Under the pieces are notes generated by a model that was given only the letters and a program-made list of their open reading frames with translations, had not been told where the DNA came from and searched no databases. Made by a program: the position numbers and the translations under genes. This document shows, piece by piece, positions 38,454-47,996 of a stretch of 64,000 nucleotides of DNA. Source of the stretch: an uncultured delta proteobacterium (GTDB taxonomy: Bacteria > Desulfobacterota > Desulfobaccia > Desulfobaccales > 0-14-0-80-60-11); assembly GCA_963797235.1 (NCBI GenBank), contig CAWCOX010000008.1:115764-179763 (forward strand). Reading direction: 5' to 3'. Every line of letters starts with the position of its first letter. Positions within the stretch are counted from its first letter, which is position 1.

Positions 38454-39164
38454 CTAAATCCCCAGGTAGGTGCGCCTGATCTCGTCGTTTTTGGCGAGGG
38501 CCCGGGCTTCGCCTTCCAGGTGCACCCGGCCTTCCGCCAGGACGTAGGCGTAATCGCTCACCGCCAGGGCCATGGTGACGTTCTGCTCCACCAGGAGCAT
38601 GGTGAGGCCGGTCTTCTTCAGGCGGGTGAGGCCCTCGAACAGGGTCAGGGCCAGCAAGGGGGAGAGACCCAGGGAGAGTTCATCCAGCATCAGGATCTCC
38701 GGCTCGGCCATCAGGCCCCGGGACACGGCCACCATCTGCTGCTCGCCGCCGCTCAGGGTGCCGGCCTTCTGCTTGGCCCGCTCCTTGAGCCGGGGAAAGA
38801 GTTCGAAGACCTTCTCCAGGTTTTGCTGGAAGGTGGCCCGGGCCCGGGCGGAGAAGGCGCCCATCTCCAGGTTTTCCAGGACCGTCATCTCGGTAAAGAG
38901 CTGGCGCCCTTCCGGCACCAGGACCATGCCGGCCTTGGCCCGGTTGTGGGCCGAAAGACCGGTGACGTCCCGGCCGGCAAAGGTCACCGTACCCTGCCAG
39001 GGCCGCAGCAGCCCCATCACGGTCTTGAGCAGGGTGGTCTTGCCCACCCCGTTGGAGCCCACCAGGGTGGTGAGTTTGCCCTGCTCCAGCTTAAGGTTGA
39101 CCCCCCAGAGAATCTGGACCCCTTCGTAGCCGGAGGTGATGTCACTAACTTCTAACAGGTTCAT
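38454..39164 (-). CDS. livF: branched-chain amino acid ABC transporter ATP-binding protein
   Basis: GSNGVGKTT, LSGGEQQ. Confidence 0.9.
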   Translation of the reverse strand: MNLLEVSDITSGYEGVQILWGVNLKLEQGKLTTLVGSNGVGKTTLLKTVMGLLRPWQGTVTFAGRDVTGLSAHNRAKAGMVLVPEGRQLFTEMTVLENLEMGAFSARARATFQQNLEKVFELFPRLKERAKQKAGTLSGGEQQMVAVSRGLMAEPEILMLDELSLGLSPLLALTLFEGLTRLKKTGLTMLLVEQNVTMALAVSDYAYVLAEGRVHLEGEARALAKNDEIRRTYLGI

Positions 39165-39177
39165 GTCGCCTTACCAA

Positions 39178-39921
39178 TCAATCGGCCAAAAGCCGGGCCG
39201 TCATTTCCGGATCGCCCAGGTAGGCCTCGATCACCTGGGGGTTGCTGGCCACTTCCTCAGGGGTGCCCGCGGCGATGAGCTGCCCGTAATCCAGGACGAT
39301 GACCCGGTCGGAGACGCTCATCAGGGCCTGCATGACGTGCTCGATCATCAGGATGGTGAAGCCCTGGTCCCGGATGGTCCGGATGGTCGCCATCATGCCG
39401 GCGATCTCCGAAGGATTCAGGCCCGCCAAAACCTCGTCCAGTAACAGCAGGTAAGGCCGGGCCGCCAGGGCCCGGGCCAGCTCGAGGCGCTTCTTCTGGG
39501 CCACGTTGAGGTTGAGGGCGAGCTGGTCGGCCCGATCCGCCAGGCCCACCTGGGTCAGGGCCTCGCCCGCAATGGCGGCGGCATTGCCCAGGGAGTGGCG
39601 TTCGCGGCCGAAGCAGGCCCCCACCATGACGTTTTCCCGGACGGTGAGATCGTTCAGGGGCCGGACCACCTGGTGGGCCCGGGCCAGGCCCCGCCGGGCC
39701 ACCTCATAGGAGGGCAGGCCGGTGATCTTCTCGCCCCGAAAGATCACCTGGCCCTGGGTCGGGACATAGACGCCATTAATCACGTTGAACAGGGTGGTCT
39801 TGCCGGCGCCATTGGGGCCGATGAGCCCCATGATCTGGCCCTCGGCGATCTCGAAGTTCACGTCCAACAGGGCCTGAAGCCCGCCAAATTTCTTGGAGAC
39901 TTCCTGAACCTGGAGAATCAT
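39178..39921 (-). CDS. livG: branched-chain amino acid ABC transporter ATP-binding protein
   Basis: GPNGAGKTT. ATGA overlap with the livM stop; SD GGAGGTG. Confidence 0.9.
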   Translation of the reverse strand: MILQVQEVSKKFGGLQALLDVNFEIAEGQIMGLIGPNGAGKTTLFNVINGVYVPTQGQVIFRGEKITGLPSYEVARRGLARAHQVVRPLNDLTVRENVMVGACFGRERHSLGNAAAIAGEALTQVGLADRADQLALNLNVAQKKRLELARALAARPYLLLLDEVLAGLNPSEIAGMMATIRTIRDQGFTILMIEHVMQALMSVSDRVIVLDYGQLIAAGTPEEVASNPQVIEAYLGDPEMTARLLAD

Positions 39922-40886
39922 TCCACCCACCTCCGCAACTGGGGGAAGCGCTCCCGGAACCAGCCCACCACGCCCCCGGGCACAAAGAGGACGATGAGGA
40001 GGAGGATGAGGCCGGAGAGCGCCAGGTGCAGGTCTTTGAAGATGGGGCTGGTAATCAGATAGCCCCGCAGCCGCTCATAAGCGAAGGCCCCGAAGATCGG
40101 CCCGAACAGCAGGCCCCGGCCGCCCAGCATCACCATTACCAGGATCTCCAGGGACATCTGGAACCGGAAGGCGTCGTCCGGCTCCACGTTGCCGTTCTTA
40201 AAGAAGTACAAGGTGCCGATCAGCCCCGGGAAGAAGGCTGAGATCATGAAGGCCTTGGTCTTGTCCTGGGGGGCCTTCACCCCCATGACCATGGCGGTGT
40301 CTTCGTCCTCCCGGATGGCGCTGAGCCCCAGGCCGAAGCGGGAGCGTTTCACCAGGTAGCTCACCACGATGACCGCCAGGGCCACCAGCCACAGCAGGAT
40401 GAAGGTGAACCAGAGGGCCTGGCCGGCCCCGCCGTAGCGGTCATAGGCGGAAAAGTTGACAAACAGCCCGGTGGAACCGCCGAAGGGTTCAAAATTGCTG
40501 ACAAAGGCCCGGGCCGCCTCGTTGACCCCGATGGTGGCCAGGGCGAAATAGGCCCCCCGGAGGCGCAGGACCGCGGCGCCGATGATATAGGCGATCACCG
40601 CCGACAGGACCCCGCCGCCCAGGGCCGCCAGGTAAACCGGCCAGTTCCAGGCACTCAGCAGGTAGAAGCCGAAATAGCCCCCCAGGCCGAAAAAGACGAT
40701 ATGTCCGAAGTTGACATAACCGGTGTAGCCCATGAGGATGTTCAGACTGGAGGCCAGGCCGATGAACATCAGCACCGTAAAGGCCTCCTCCCGCAAGGTG
40801 TCCTGCCTCAGGACCAGAATCACCAGGCCGCCCAGGAAGACCAGGAGAAAGCTGAGCCAGAAACCGGATTGCTTCCGGAGATTCAT
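39918..40886 (-). CDS. livM: branched-chain amino acid ABC transporter permease
   Basis: 322-aa polytopic permease. Confidence 0.85.
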   Translation of the reverse strand: MNLRKQSGFWLSFLLVFLGGLVILVLRQDTLREEAFTVLMFIGLASSLNILMGYTGYVNFGHIVFFGLGGYFGFYLLSAWNWPVYLAALGGGVLSAVIAYIIGAAVLRLRGAYFALATIGVNEAARAFVSNFEPFGGSTGLFVNFSAYDRYGGAGQALWFTFILLWLVALAVIVVSYLVKRSRFGLGLSAIREDEDTAMVMGVKAPQDKTKAFMISAFFPGLIGTLYFFKNGNVEPDDAFRFQMSLEILVMVMLGGRGLLFGPIFGAFAYERLRGYLITSPIFKDLHLALSGLILLLIVLFVPGGVVGWFRERFPQLRRWVE

Positions 40887-41738
40887 CTACTTGGACCCCA
40901 ACAGCCCAGTGGGCTTGACCACCAGGACCAGGACGAACAGGCCGAATTCCACCACCGGCACCCAACTCACCGGCATGAAGGTGGGGACCACCCCCTCCAG
41001 GGCCCCTAAAAACAGGCCCCCCACCAGGGCTCCCAAGGGATTGCCGAGGCCGCCCAGAACGCAGATGACAAAGGATTTCAACTGATAGGTGGCGCCGCTC
41101 AGGATGGTAAAGGGAAAGAAGGTGGCGGTGAGCCCGCCGGCCACCGCGGCCAGCATGGTGCCCAGGCCGAAGGCCAGGGCCAGAACGTGGGAGGATGGAA
41201 TGCCCATGAGCTCAGCCGCGGCCCGGTTGTCGGCCACCGCCCGGATGGCCTTCCCCGGCCGGGTGAAATAGAGAAACAGGTACAAGGCCGCGGTTATGAC
41301 CACCGCGGCCAGGGCCGCCAGCAGGCGGGTGCCCTGGAGGATAACCGGGCCCAGGGTAATGGAACCGGCGGAGAAATCGATATTCCGGGGCGAAGTGGTG
41401 AACGCGGCGGTGCCGATGCCGATGATGATCATATTCACCGCAAAGGTGGCCAGCAGGGTGGAGAGATACCCAGCCTGGATCACCCTTTGCAGGGCCACCC
41501 CGTAAATCAGGAAGCCGAACAGCAGGGCCAGGACTACCACCGCCACCAGCCCCAGATAGGGGTTCACCGCCAAATCGCTGAAGAGAAAGTAGGTGCCGAA
41601 CATCCCCAGGGCCATGGTGGCGCCGTGGCCCAGGTTGATGACCCGCATCACGCCCCAGATCAGGGTCAGGCCCATGGCGGCGACGCCGTAAACGAAGCCG
41701 ATGAGCAGACCGTCTATGATGGAAGGTAGCACATGCAT
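40887..41738 (-). CDS. livH: branched-chain amino acid ABC transporter permease
   Basis: 283-aa permease immediately adjacent to livM. Confidence 0.85.
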   Translation of the reverse strand: MHVLPSIIDGLLIGFVYGVAAMGLTLIWGVMRVINLGHGATMALGMFGTYFLFSDLAVNPYLGLVAVVVLALLFGFLIYGVALQRVIQAGYLSTLLATFAVNMIIIGIGTAAFTTSPRNIDFSAGSITLGPVILQGTRLLAALAAVVITAALYLFLYFTRPGKAIRAVADNRAAAELMGIPSSHVLALAFGLGTMLAAVAGGLTATFFPFTILSGATYQLKSFVICVLGGLGNPLGALVGGLFLGALEGVVPTFMPVSWVPVVEFGLFVLVLVVKPTGLLGSK

Positions 41739-41854
41739 CTGTCTAAGGTCTCTCGCCTGTCCGCCAAAATTTTTATTAAATAAACGGCTCTACGCCTTTC
41801 CGGAGCGGCCTCTCCTCAACTTGCCAAACCTTATCCGGAGAACAATCCCCTGAA

Positions 41855-41925
41855 AATCGGACGATTGCTGATTCTAGTGTAGGAAATTTTCCTAAACGGG
41901 CTCTGCAGCTTAACCCGAGTCAACA
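41855..41925 (-). repeat. 65-nt element with palindrome TAGGAAATTTTCCTA (copy A, between the binding-protein gene and livH)
   Basis: aatcggacgattgctgattctagtgtaggaaattttcctaaacgggctctgcagcttaac. About 80% identical to copy B. Confidence 0.8.
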
Positions 41926-41976
41926 AGGGGCACAGCAAGCTGTGCCCCCGCCTTAGATCAATCCGGCCCTCCGCTC

Positions 41977-43230
41977 TCAGTGAGCCGGATAGACAATGGC
42001 CTGGCCGGTGGCCGCGGCCTCCGGATAGACCGCCACCTTCTGGGGTTTGCCCTGCTGGTCCTTCTGCCATTGAATAATGATCATCTGGTGGCCAATTTGC
42101 AACCCGTGGGCCTTGGGCGTGGTGTCGAATTTGATGTGACCGTAAAAAGTGAACATGTCTTCGGCGTCTATAGCCGCCTTGACCTTGTCGGTCTCGGTGG
42201 AGCCGGCCTTTTCCATGGCCTTCTGCAAGATCAGGCCCGCGGCATACCCCCCGGCGCTATGGTAGGAGGGCTCTTCATTATTGTATTTGGCCTTATACTC
42301 CTTGACAAATTCCGGGATGGTGGGGCCGAACCATTCCACCCCCGCCGCCTTGGCCGCTTCCGGGCTGTATTTGGCAAAGGGCTCCCACATGCTGGAGCCG
42401 ATCACGCCGATGCAGGCCTCGCCCAGTTCGGCGAACTTGGGCTCCGGCGGGGCCACCAGCAAGGCAACCATCTTGGTCGGCACCTTTTTTTCATAGATCT
42501 GCCGGGTCAGGGTGGTGCCATCGGCGAAGTGGCCGCCGCCCATCACCGCATCCACCCCGGCGGGGATCTTGTTGATGAAGGGGGCGAAATCGGTGGTGCC
42601 GCTATCGTAGCCCTCAAACATCGCGACCTGATAGCCTTTCTCTTCAGCGTACTTCTTCAGACCATTCACCGAGTCGGTGGAGAACTTATCTTTTTCATTG
42701 ATGATGGCGATCTTCTTGCCCTGCGGGTCCAGCTTGCCCAGGAGGTCGATGGCGCCGTTCAGGTACTTGGACGCCGGGGTATAGGTCATATAGACCAGGG
42801 AGTAGCCTTTATACTGGGTAGAGTCCGAGGACGCCCCGGCGGTGACCATGATGCGCTTGTACTGCTGGGCGATGACCGCCGCCGCATCCGCCAGGCCGCT
42901 ACTGTAAGGGCTGATGAGGAAGTCGGCCTTGTCGTTGTTGATCAGGCGGGTATAGAGTTCCTGGACCCGGTCCTTGTTGCTTTCGTCGTCATAGAACTTG
43001 GCGGCCACTTTTACCACGGTGCCGTCCGCCAGCTTGATCCCTCCGGCCTTGTTCACCTGCTCGACCCAGAGGTTGATGCCATTGATCTGGCGGATGGCTT
43101 CCACGTTGAGCTTGCCGGTTTGCGAGGCGGTGAAGCCCAAGGTGACCGTCTTCTCCGCGGCCGCCGCCGGCCCCGCCACGAGCAAACCAATGATTGCCAG
43201 ACAGGTAAGGCCCATTCCCAAGCGTCGCAT
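41977..43230 (-). CDS. LivK/LivJ-type periplasmic amino-acid-binding protein
   Basis: Signal peptide MRRLGMGLTCLAIIGLLVAGPAAAAEK. SD aggagg at ATG 43230. Confidence 0.85.
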   Translation of the reverse strand: MRRLGMGLTCLAIIGLLVAGPAAAAEKTVTLGFTASQTGKLNVEAIRQINGINLWVEQVNKAGGIKLADGTVVKVAAKFYDDESNKDRVQELYTRLINNDKADFLISPYSSGLADAAAVIAQQYKRIMVTAGASSDSTQYKGYSLVYMTYTPASKYLNGAIDLLGKLDPQGKKIAIINEKDKFSTDSVNGLKKYAEEKGYQVAMFEGYDSGTTDFAPFINKIPAGVDAVMGGGHFADGTTLTRQIYEKKVPTKMVALLVAPPEPKFAELGEACIGVIGSSMWEPFAKYSPEAAKAAGVEWFGPTIPEFVKEYKAKYNNEEPSYHSAGGYAAGLILQKAMEKAGSTETDKVKAAIDAEDMFTFYGHIKFDTTPKAHGLQIGHQMIIIQWQKDQQGKPQKVAVYPEAAATGQAIVYPAH

Positions 43231-43374
43231 AGTTCCTCCTTCGTTGAGCGATTGTCTAAGCATACAAATTAGAAAATATGCCAATAAAATTTCTATATCC
43301 CATGAAATTGTCTCTTTATCAAGGGATATCTGGCAATAATTTTGAATATATCGGAGTGAAGTGGTCTAGAAATC

Positions 43375-43440
43375 GGACAATTACCGATTCTCTTGTAGGA
43401 AATTTTCCTACGAGGGCTGCGAGGCTTACAGTCTGGGTGA
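43375..43440 (-). repeat. 65-nt element with perfect 17-bp palindrome GTAGGAAATTTTCCTAC (copy B, upstream of the binding-protein gene)
   Basis: aatcggacaattaccgattctcttgtaggaaattttcctacgagggctgcgaggcttac. Confidence 0.8.
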
Positions 43441-43469
43441 GATTCAGTGATTACGGCCGAGCCGGAGAG

Positions 43470-44024
43470 TCAGTGCAGGTAGGGCTTCAGGAAATCCATG
43501 CCCTCCTGGGGCGAGGCTTCCCCCTGGAACCGGAAGGGGAGAGGAATAATTCCACCCAGCACCGAAGCCAGACGGAAGCTGCCGGCGATTTGATAGTGGA
43601 ATTTGCGCAGTGGCAGTTGTTGCTGCTGCTGACCCAGGAACTGGGGCAGGAACTGGGGCAAGAGCTCCATGACGGCAGGCAACTGCACCATAATGGGGAG
43701 TTCCGCCACCGTCTGCCCATTGGGGGGCAGGTTCACCGGTTGCTGGCTGGCGCCCTGGGCCACGCTCTTGCCTTCAATCCATAACTGGTAATCGTAACCC
43801 AACAGGTTAAGGGCCTGGTTATTGGGATTCTCCAGGAGCAGGGTGGCGCCCAGGGGCCAGCCCTGCGCAGTGGGCTGGTAGACCTTGAGACCCTGGTAGC
43901 TGACCTTGGGGGCCTGAATCTCTCCCCTGGCCATCTGCTGGAGCTGTGAGACCCCGCAGCCGGTAAGGCCGGCCAGCGCCGCTATCTGGAGGAAGAAGAT
44001 TAGAAATATTGTCGAGATTTTCAT
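43470..44024 (-). CDS. LEA type 2 (Water stress and Hypersensitive response, WHy) family lipoprotein
   Basis: Lipobox LTGC and a beta-rich LEA_2-like core. Confidence 0.65.
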   Translation of the reverse strand: MKISTIFLIFFLQIAALAGLTGCGVSQLQQMARGEIQAPKVSYQGLKVYQPTAQGWPLGATLLLENPNNQALNLLGYDYQLWIEGKSVAQGASQQPVNLPPNGQTVAELPIMVQLPAVMELLPQFLPQFLGQQQQQLPLRKFHYQIAGSFRLASVLGGIIPLPFRFQGEASPQEGMDFLKPYLH

Positions 44025-44135
44025 TTGCCCCTTTTTCCGATCTGAGCAATCTGGGCCAGCGGTGACCATGGAGCCTTATTGGTCCAGGCCTGGGCTCTCC
44101 TTTCTGCCGTCATGTTCTTAGAATGCCGTATCTAT

Positions 44136-44167
44136 GAAAAAGTTAAGGCCCGACTGACCGCCGGGCC
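44136..44167 (-). terminator. rho-independent terminator after nrfA
   Basis: On the minus strand, ggcccg-gcggtcagt-cgggcc is followed by ttaactttttc. Confidence 0.55.
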
Positions 44168-44213
44168 ATAAAATTTCAGAAAAACATGTGGAAAATGAGC
44201 AGTCGCTGTCAGC

Positions 44214-45758
44214 TTATTTGCCCGGGGGCGCCTGTGGCTTGCCTTGGGGGGCCTCAGGCTGGCCCGGGGGAGCGCCCGGCAGCCCCAAAGAAGCCTCCGG
44301 AGTCAGCATTGGCTGGATACCGAAGGGATCCTTGAATTCCTCGTCTGGCTTAAAATTCAGCTTTTTAACGCCGCGATTTTGGAGGTACTTGGCCAACTCC
44401 AGGTTGATATCGGCGGGTTCGGCCACTCCCGCCGCAGCCAAAATCTGGCGCAGCAAGCCGGAGCATTTCCCGGCAAAGGCCACCGTATCGGCGCAGATGC
44501 GCTCGGCTTCAGTGGGGTTGTGAAAGCCCACGGAATTCTCGGCGCCGATGTAATTAATGCGGTAAAAGGCCTCAAGGTAGAGGTCTTTGGCCTGGTCATA
44601 AAGTTTTTGGTCAATATTCTTGCCCTCGGTCTTGGCCTTATTGGCGGCCTCAAAGAGCTTGGTAGCCACCGCGGTGGCATAGCCCGCCCGGTTCAGAAGG
44701 GAGGTGGTGCGGTCCTGGATGGCGAAGACCTGGGCCTTGAGCCAGTCAGCGGATTCGGCGTGGCACTGAGCACAGGCCGTCATCCCCTGCCACACCGGGC
44801 TGCCCACGTTGTGGTTGGAAATCTTATTCGACCCCACCCGCTCATACTGCATATGGCAGTCGGCACAGGAGACTCCGGCTTTCCAGTGGACGCTGTTGCG
44901 GCTGTACACCTCATATTCAGGATGCCGTAAACCACCCAGTTTGATACCGGCGACGGCTTGGGTCCATTCGAGATTGGCTGGGTCGCTCTTCAGAACCTTG
45001 ATGATGTTCTCGATGGAGATGTCCCCCTCTTTGCTGCCCTGCCAGGGGAAGAAGACATCTACCGACTTCATTTGCGGGTCTTTCTTGATGACGTAAGTCA
45101 CGTGGCACTGGGCGCACACCAGGCTGCGTTTTTCCTGGCGGGTGACGCTGGCCGGGTCCTTGCCGATATCCTTCAAAGCCTTGATCAGGGTCCAGCGGGA
45201 AAACTTCAGGTCCATCGTTTTATTGTCATGGCAGTCGAGGCACATGACGCCCTCTTGATTGAACTGCTTCGGGATCTTGGCGTGCACCTCATCGTACGGG
45301 TCTTTGAAGTAGTGCTCACCCAGGTCTTGTTTGAGCTTCGGAGCAAAAGGCGTTTTGCAGGTGAGACAGACGCCGCCGGCCTTACGGCGGGAGGGGTCGA
45401 CCTCTAACTGGTCAATGAGCATGTAGTAATGGCCCCGGATTTCATTGAACTCAATGGCAAAACCCCAGCCGCTCTGGAGCATGGGCAGCCAAGGATATTC
45501 GCTCAGCTTGTCGAATTTGCCGTCCCCGGTCCAACCGCGCTTGTATTTACTCAGATTAGCCGGGTTGGGCTCCTTGCTCTTCAGCCAGGAGTCGTATTCC
45601 AGGGGATAGGCCTTGCCCCAAACCGCGGGATCGTATTCGCCGTCCGGGATGGTCACGGTCTTCACCGGCTCGGACTTGGGGGGCGAACAGGCGATAACCC
45701 AGGCCGCGCCCACGGCCACCGCCACCAGGATAATGAGAAATGGTCTGATCCGTTTCAT
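44214..45758 (-). CDS. nrfA: pentahaem cytochrome c nitrite reductase
   Basis: CLTCK (CxxCK active-site haem) plus CLDCH, CAQCH, CADCH and CAQCH. N-terminal signal anchor. Confidence 0.9.
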   Translation of the reverse strand: MKRIRPFLIILVAVAVGAAWVIACSPPKSEPVKTVTIPDGEYDPAVWGKAYPLEYDSWLKSKEPNPANLSKYKRGWTGDGKFDKLSEYPWLPMLQSGWGFAIEFNEIRGHYYMLIDQLEVDPSRRKAGGVCLTCKTPFAPKLKQDLGEHYFKDPYDEVHAKIPKQFNQEGVMCLDCHDNKTMDLKFSRWTLIKALKDIGKDPASVTRQEKRSLVCAQCHVTYVIKKDPQMKSVDVFFPWQGSKEGDISIENIIKVLKSDPANLEWTQAVAGIKLGGLRHPEYEVYSRNSVHWKAGVSCADCHMQYERVGSNKISNHNVGSPVWQGMTACAQCHAESADWLKAQVFAIQDRTTSLLNRAGYATAVATKLFEAANKAKTEGKNIDQKLYDQAKDLYLEAFYRINYIGAENSVGFHNPTEAERICADTVAFAGKCSGLLRQILAAAGVAEPADINLELAKYLQNRGVKKLNFKPDEEFKDPFGIQPMLTPEASLGLPGAPPGQPEAPQGKPQAPPGK

Positions 45759-45778
45759 GCCTTCATCCATCCTTCTAG

Positions 45779-46246
45779 TTATGGGGTCAGGGTCGCGATG
45801 GCGCCGGTGCTGCGATGGGACATGCGCCGGTGGCACTCCCAGCACCGCCGGTCTTCATTGATCCGGGCCACGAGTTCGTTATGGCAGCGCCGGCAATTGG
45901 CCACCACCGTTCGGGCCCCGGCGTCGGAGAGCTTGATGGGTTCGGGAACCCGGCCCGTGTGGAAGGCCACGACATCGCCCACGCCTTCCAGGCCCTTGGC
46001 CCATAAATGATGGGCCAGGTTGTCATTGGGCAGGTGGCAGTCGATGCACTTGATATTCTGGTGGGCGCCGGAGTGAAACCAGTTCTCGTATTCCGGCTGC
46101 AGGACGTGGCAACTGCCGCAAAATTCCGGGCTTTCGGACTTGGCGAAGAGCCCCGGTGGGCCAAAGGCGGTAAAGAGGCCCAGCGCCGCGACGATCACCA
46201 CCGCTCCCAGTACATACAGGCAGATTTTCTTTTTGGATGGGCTCAT
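45779..46246 (-). CDS. nrfH: tetrahaem quinol dehydrogenase NrfH (NapC/NirT family)
   Basis: TM anchor plus CGSCH, CIDCH, CRRCH and CWECH. Confidence 0.9.
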   Translation of the reverse strand: MSPSKKKICLYVLGAVVIVAALGLFTAFGPPGLFAKSESPEFCGSCHVLQPEYENWFHSGAHQNIKCIDCHLPNDNLAHHLWAKGLEGVGDVVAFHTGRVPEPIKLSDAGARTVVANCRRCHNELVARINEDRRCWECHRRMSHRSTGAIATLTP

Positions 46247-46695
46247 GGAGGCCTGGAAAGTTTGGTTTGCAGTTTTAAATAATACCGCTAAAGGGCGCTG
46301 TCAATTTTGCCTGATGGCTTTCTTACATAATTGACAACAGTTTTGTGGCAGTGAGGCTGAAAAGACGGCTAAATCCGGGCGGGCGGAGGCAAAAGGTACT
46401 TCGGTTGGGCTTATTTCCGGGATAAAAAGACCGGCTGACTTGCCATTCCTGCCCCCGGAAGGACCTTGGGGTCCCCCTGAGAGCGGGGAATTGTCGCAGA
46501 GAAAGAGATTGGCCGGTTCGTGATTGAGCGTCAGCGTGAAGCAGGGAGACCCAAAGGCTTCGAGCAGGCTACCCCACTCCCCGGCAAAAAGCAAATAGAT
46601 TTTTTTGCCAGATCATTAAGTTATGATTAATCTGAGGGAAAAAGCTTACTTTAGCGTTTCGGCGTCCGGCGTGAGGCCCGGCTTTTTCCCCAGCG

Positions 46696-47849
46696 CTAAT
46701 CCGCAAACCGCAGCGGCAACCGGTCCGCCACCACCAGCCCCTGGGCGGTAGCCGTCACCCGGCCGTCGGTCAGGCGAACCAACCCCGCCTGTACCAATTC
46801 TGACAAAGAAATCTGCCAGCGGGGGTGTCCCTGAATGACCTCCAGGGCGACCCCTTCCCGGGTCCGGAAGCCCAGATAGAGGGCCTCCAGCCGCAGTTGC
46901 TCCGGCGTGAGGTCCTCGCTTCCGGCCACCGGCGCCATGCCTGAGTTCAGGGCGGCGCCATATTGGGCCACCGACGAAAAATTCCACCAGCGCCGGCCCG
47001 TCCTTATAGGAGTGGGCCGCCGGCCCCAGCCCCAGGTACGGCGTATGGTTCCAGTACTTGCGATTGTGCCGGCTAAAGTACTCTTCGCCCCGGGCGAAGT
47101 TAGAAATCTCATACTGCAGATAGCCGCGGTCCTCCAAAAATTGCCGGGTCAGCAGAAAAAATTCCCGCTGGACTTCCTCATCCGGCAGGGTTAGTTCGCC
47201 CCGGGCCGCCCGCCGGGCGAACGGCGTGGGTGGGGCGGGCGTCTCGTGTGGGGCGGGCGTCTCGCCCGCCGCAATAGTCAATTGATAGCAGGAGAGATGC
47301 TCCGGCCTGAAACCCAGGGCCGTCTCCAGGGTTTGGAGCCAGGTGTCCGGCGACTGCCCCGGCAACCCGTACATCAAATCCAGCCCCAGGTTCTCGAAGC
47401 CCGCCGCCCGGATCAACTCCAGAGCCCGCCTGGTCTGCCGGGCCGTGTGCCGCCGTTGCAGGAAGACCAGTTCCGCCTCGTCGAAGGACTGGACTCCCAG
47501 GCTCAGGCGATTGATGCCCAACTCCCGCCAGATGCGCAGCTTTTCCGCCGTAATATCGTCGGGGTTGGCTTCGAGGGTAAATTCGGTGTCCGGCGTAAAC
47601 TTGAAATGCCGCCGCAGGCTGCTAACCAGGGCAGTCAGTTGTTCAGCAGTCCAGCAGGGAAGGGGTGCCGCCGCCCAGGTAGAGGGTATCGAAAGAGGCG
47701 AAGGAATCTTGATAGAGTGAGGCTTCTACTTCCAGGGCTTGCAGATAGGCTAAGGTTAAATCAGGGGAAGTAATGGAGTAAAAGTCGCAGTACGGGCACT
47801 TGGTTTGGCAGAAGGGGACATGGACGTAAAGGCCGGGGGCGGGGGTCAT
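46696..47849 (-). pseudogene. hemW: radical SAM haem chaperone HemW (HemN-like) with two frameshifts (about 47650 and 46997-46999)
   Basis: VPFCQTKCPYCDF...GGGTPSLL in one frame. AEQLTALVSSLRRHFKF...GINRLSLGVQSFD...AAHSYKDG in a second. RRWWNFSSVAQY...LRFAD in a third. Confidence 0.8.
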
Positions 47850-47996
47850 GATGTTCTTTTAGGGCGGACCGTGCCCGCCGGCTGACGGCGGCCACAGGCC
47901 GCCCTATTTCATCTTGAGCCCGGAAGGGGGGCGACAGCCCGCTTTCGGGCTCCCTTACACGGGTTGGGAGCGGCGGGGTTGTAAGAGCCTCTCGCC

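Noticed and set aside
46277-46327. TGTCAATT-N22-AATTGACA upstream of nrfH considered as an FNR/CRP-type site, plus a TTGACA-N17-TATTTA promoter.
   Set aside because: The half-site spacing is far too long for a CRP/FNR dimer. The -10 is weak and the nrfH SD is poor, so the promoter call is too uncertain to list.
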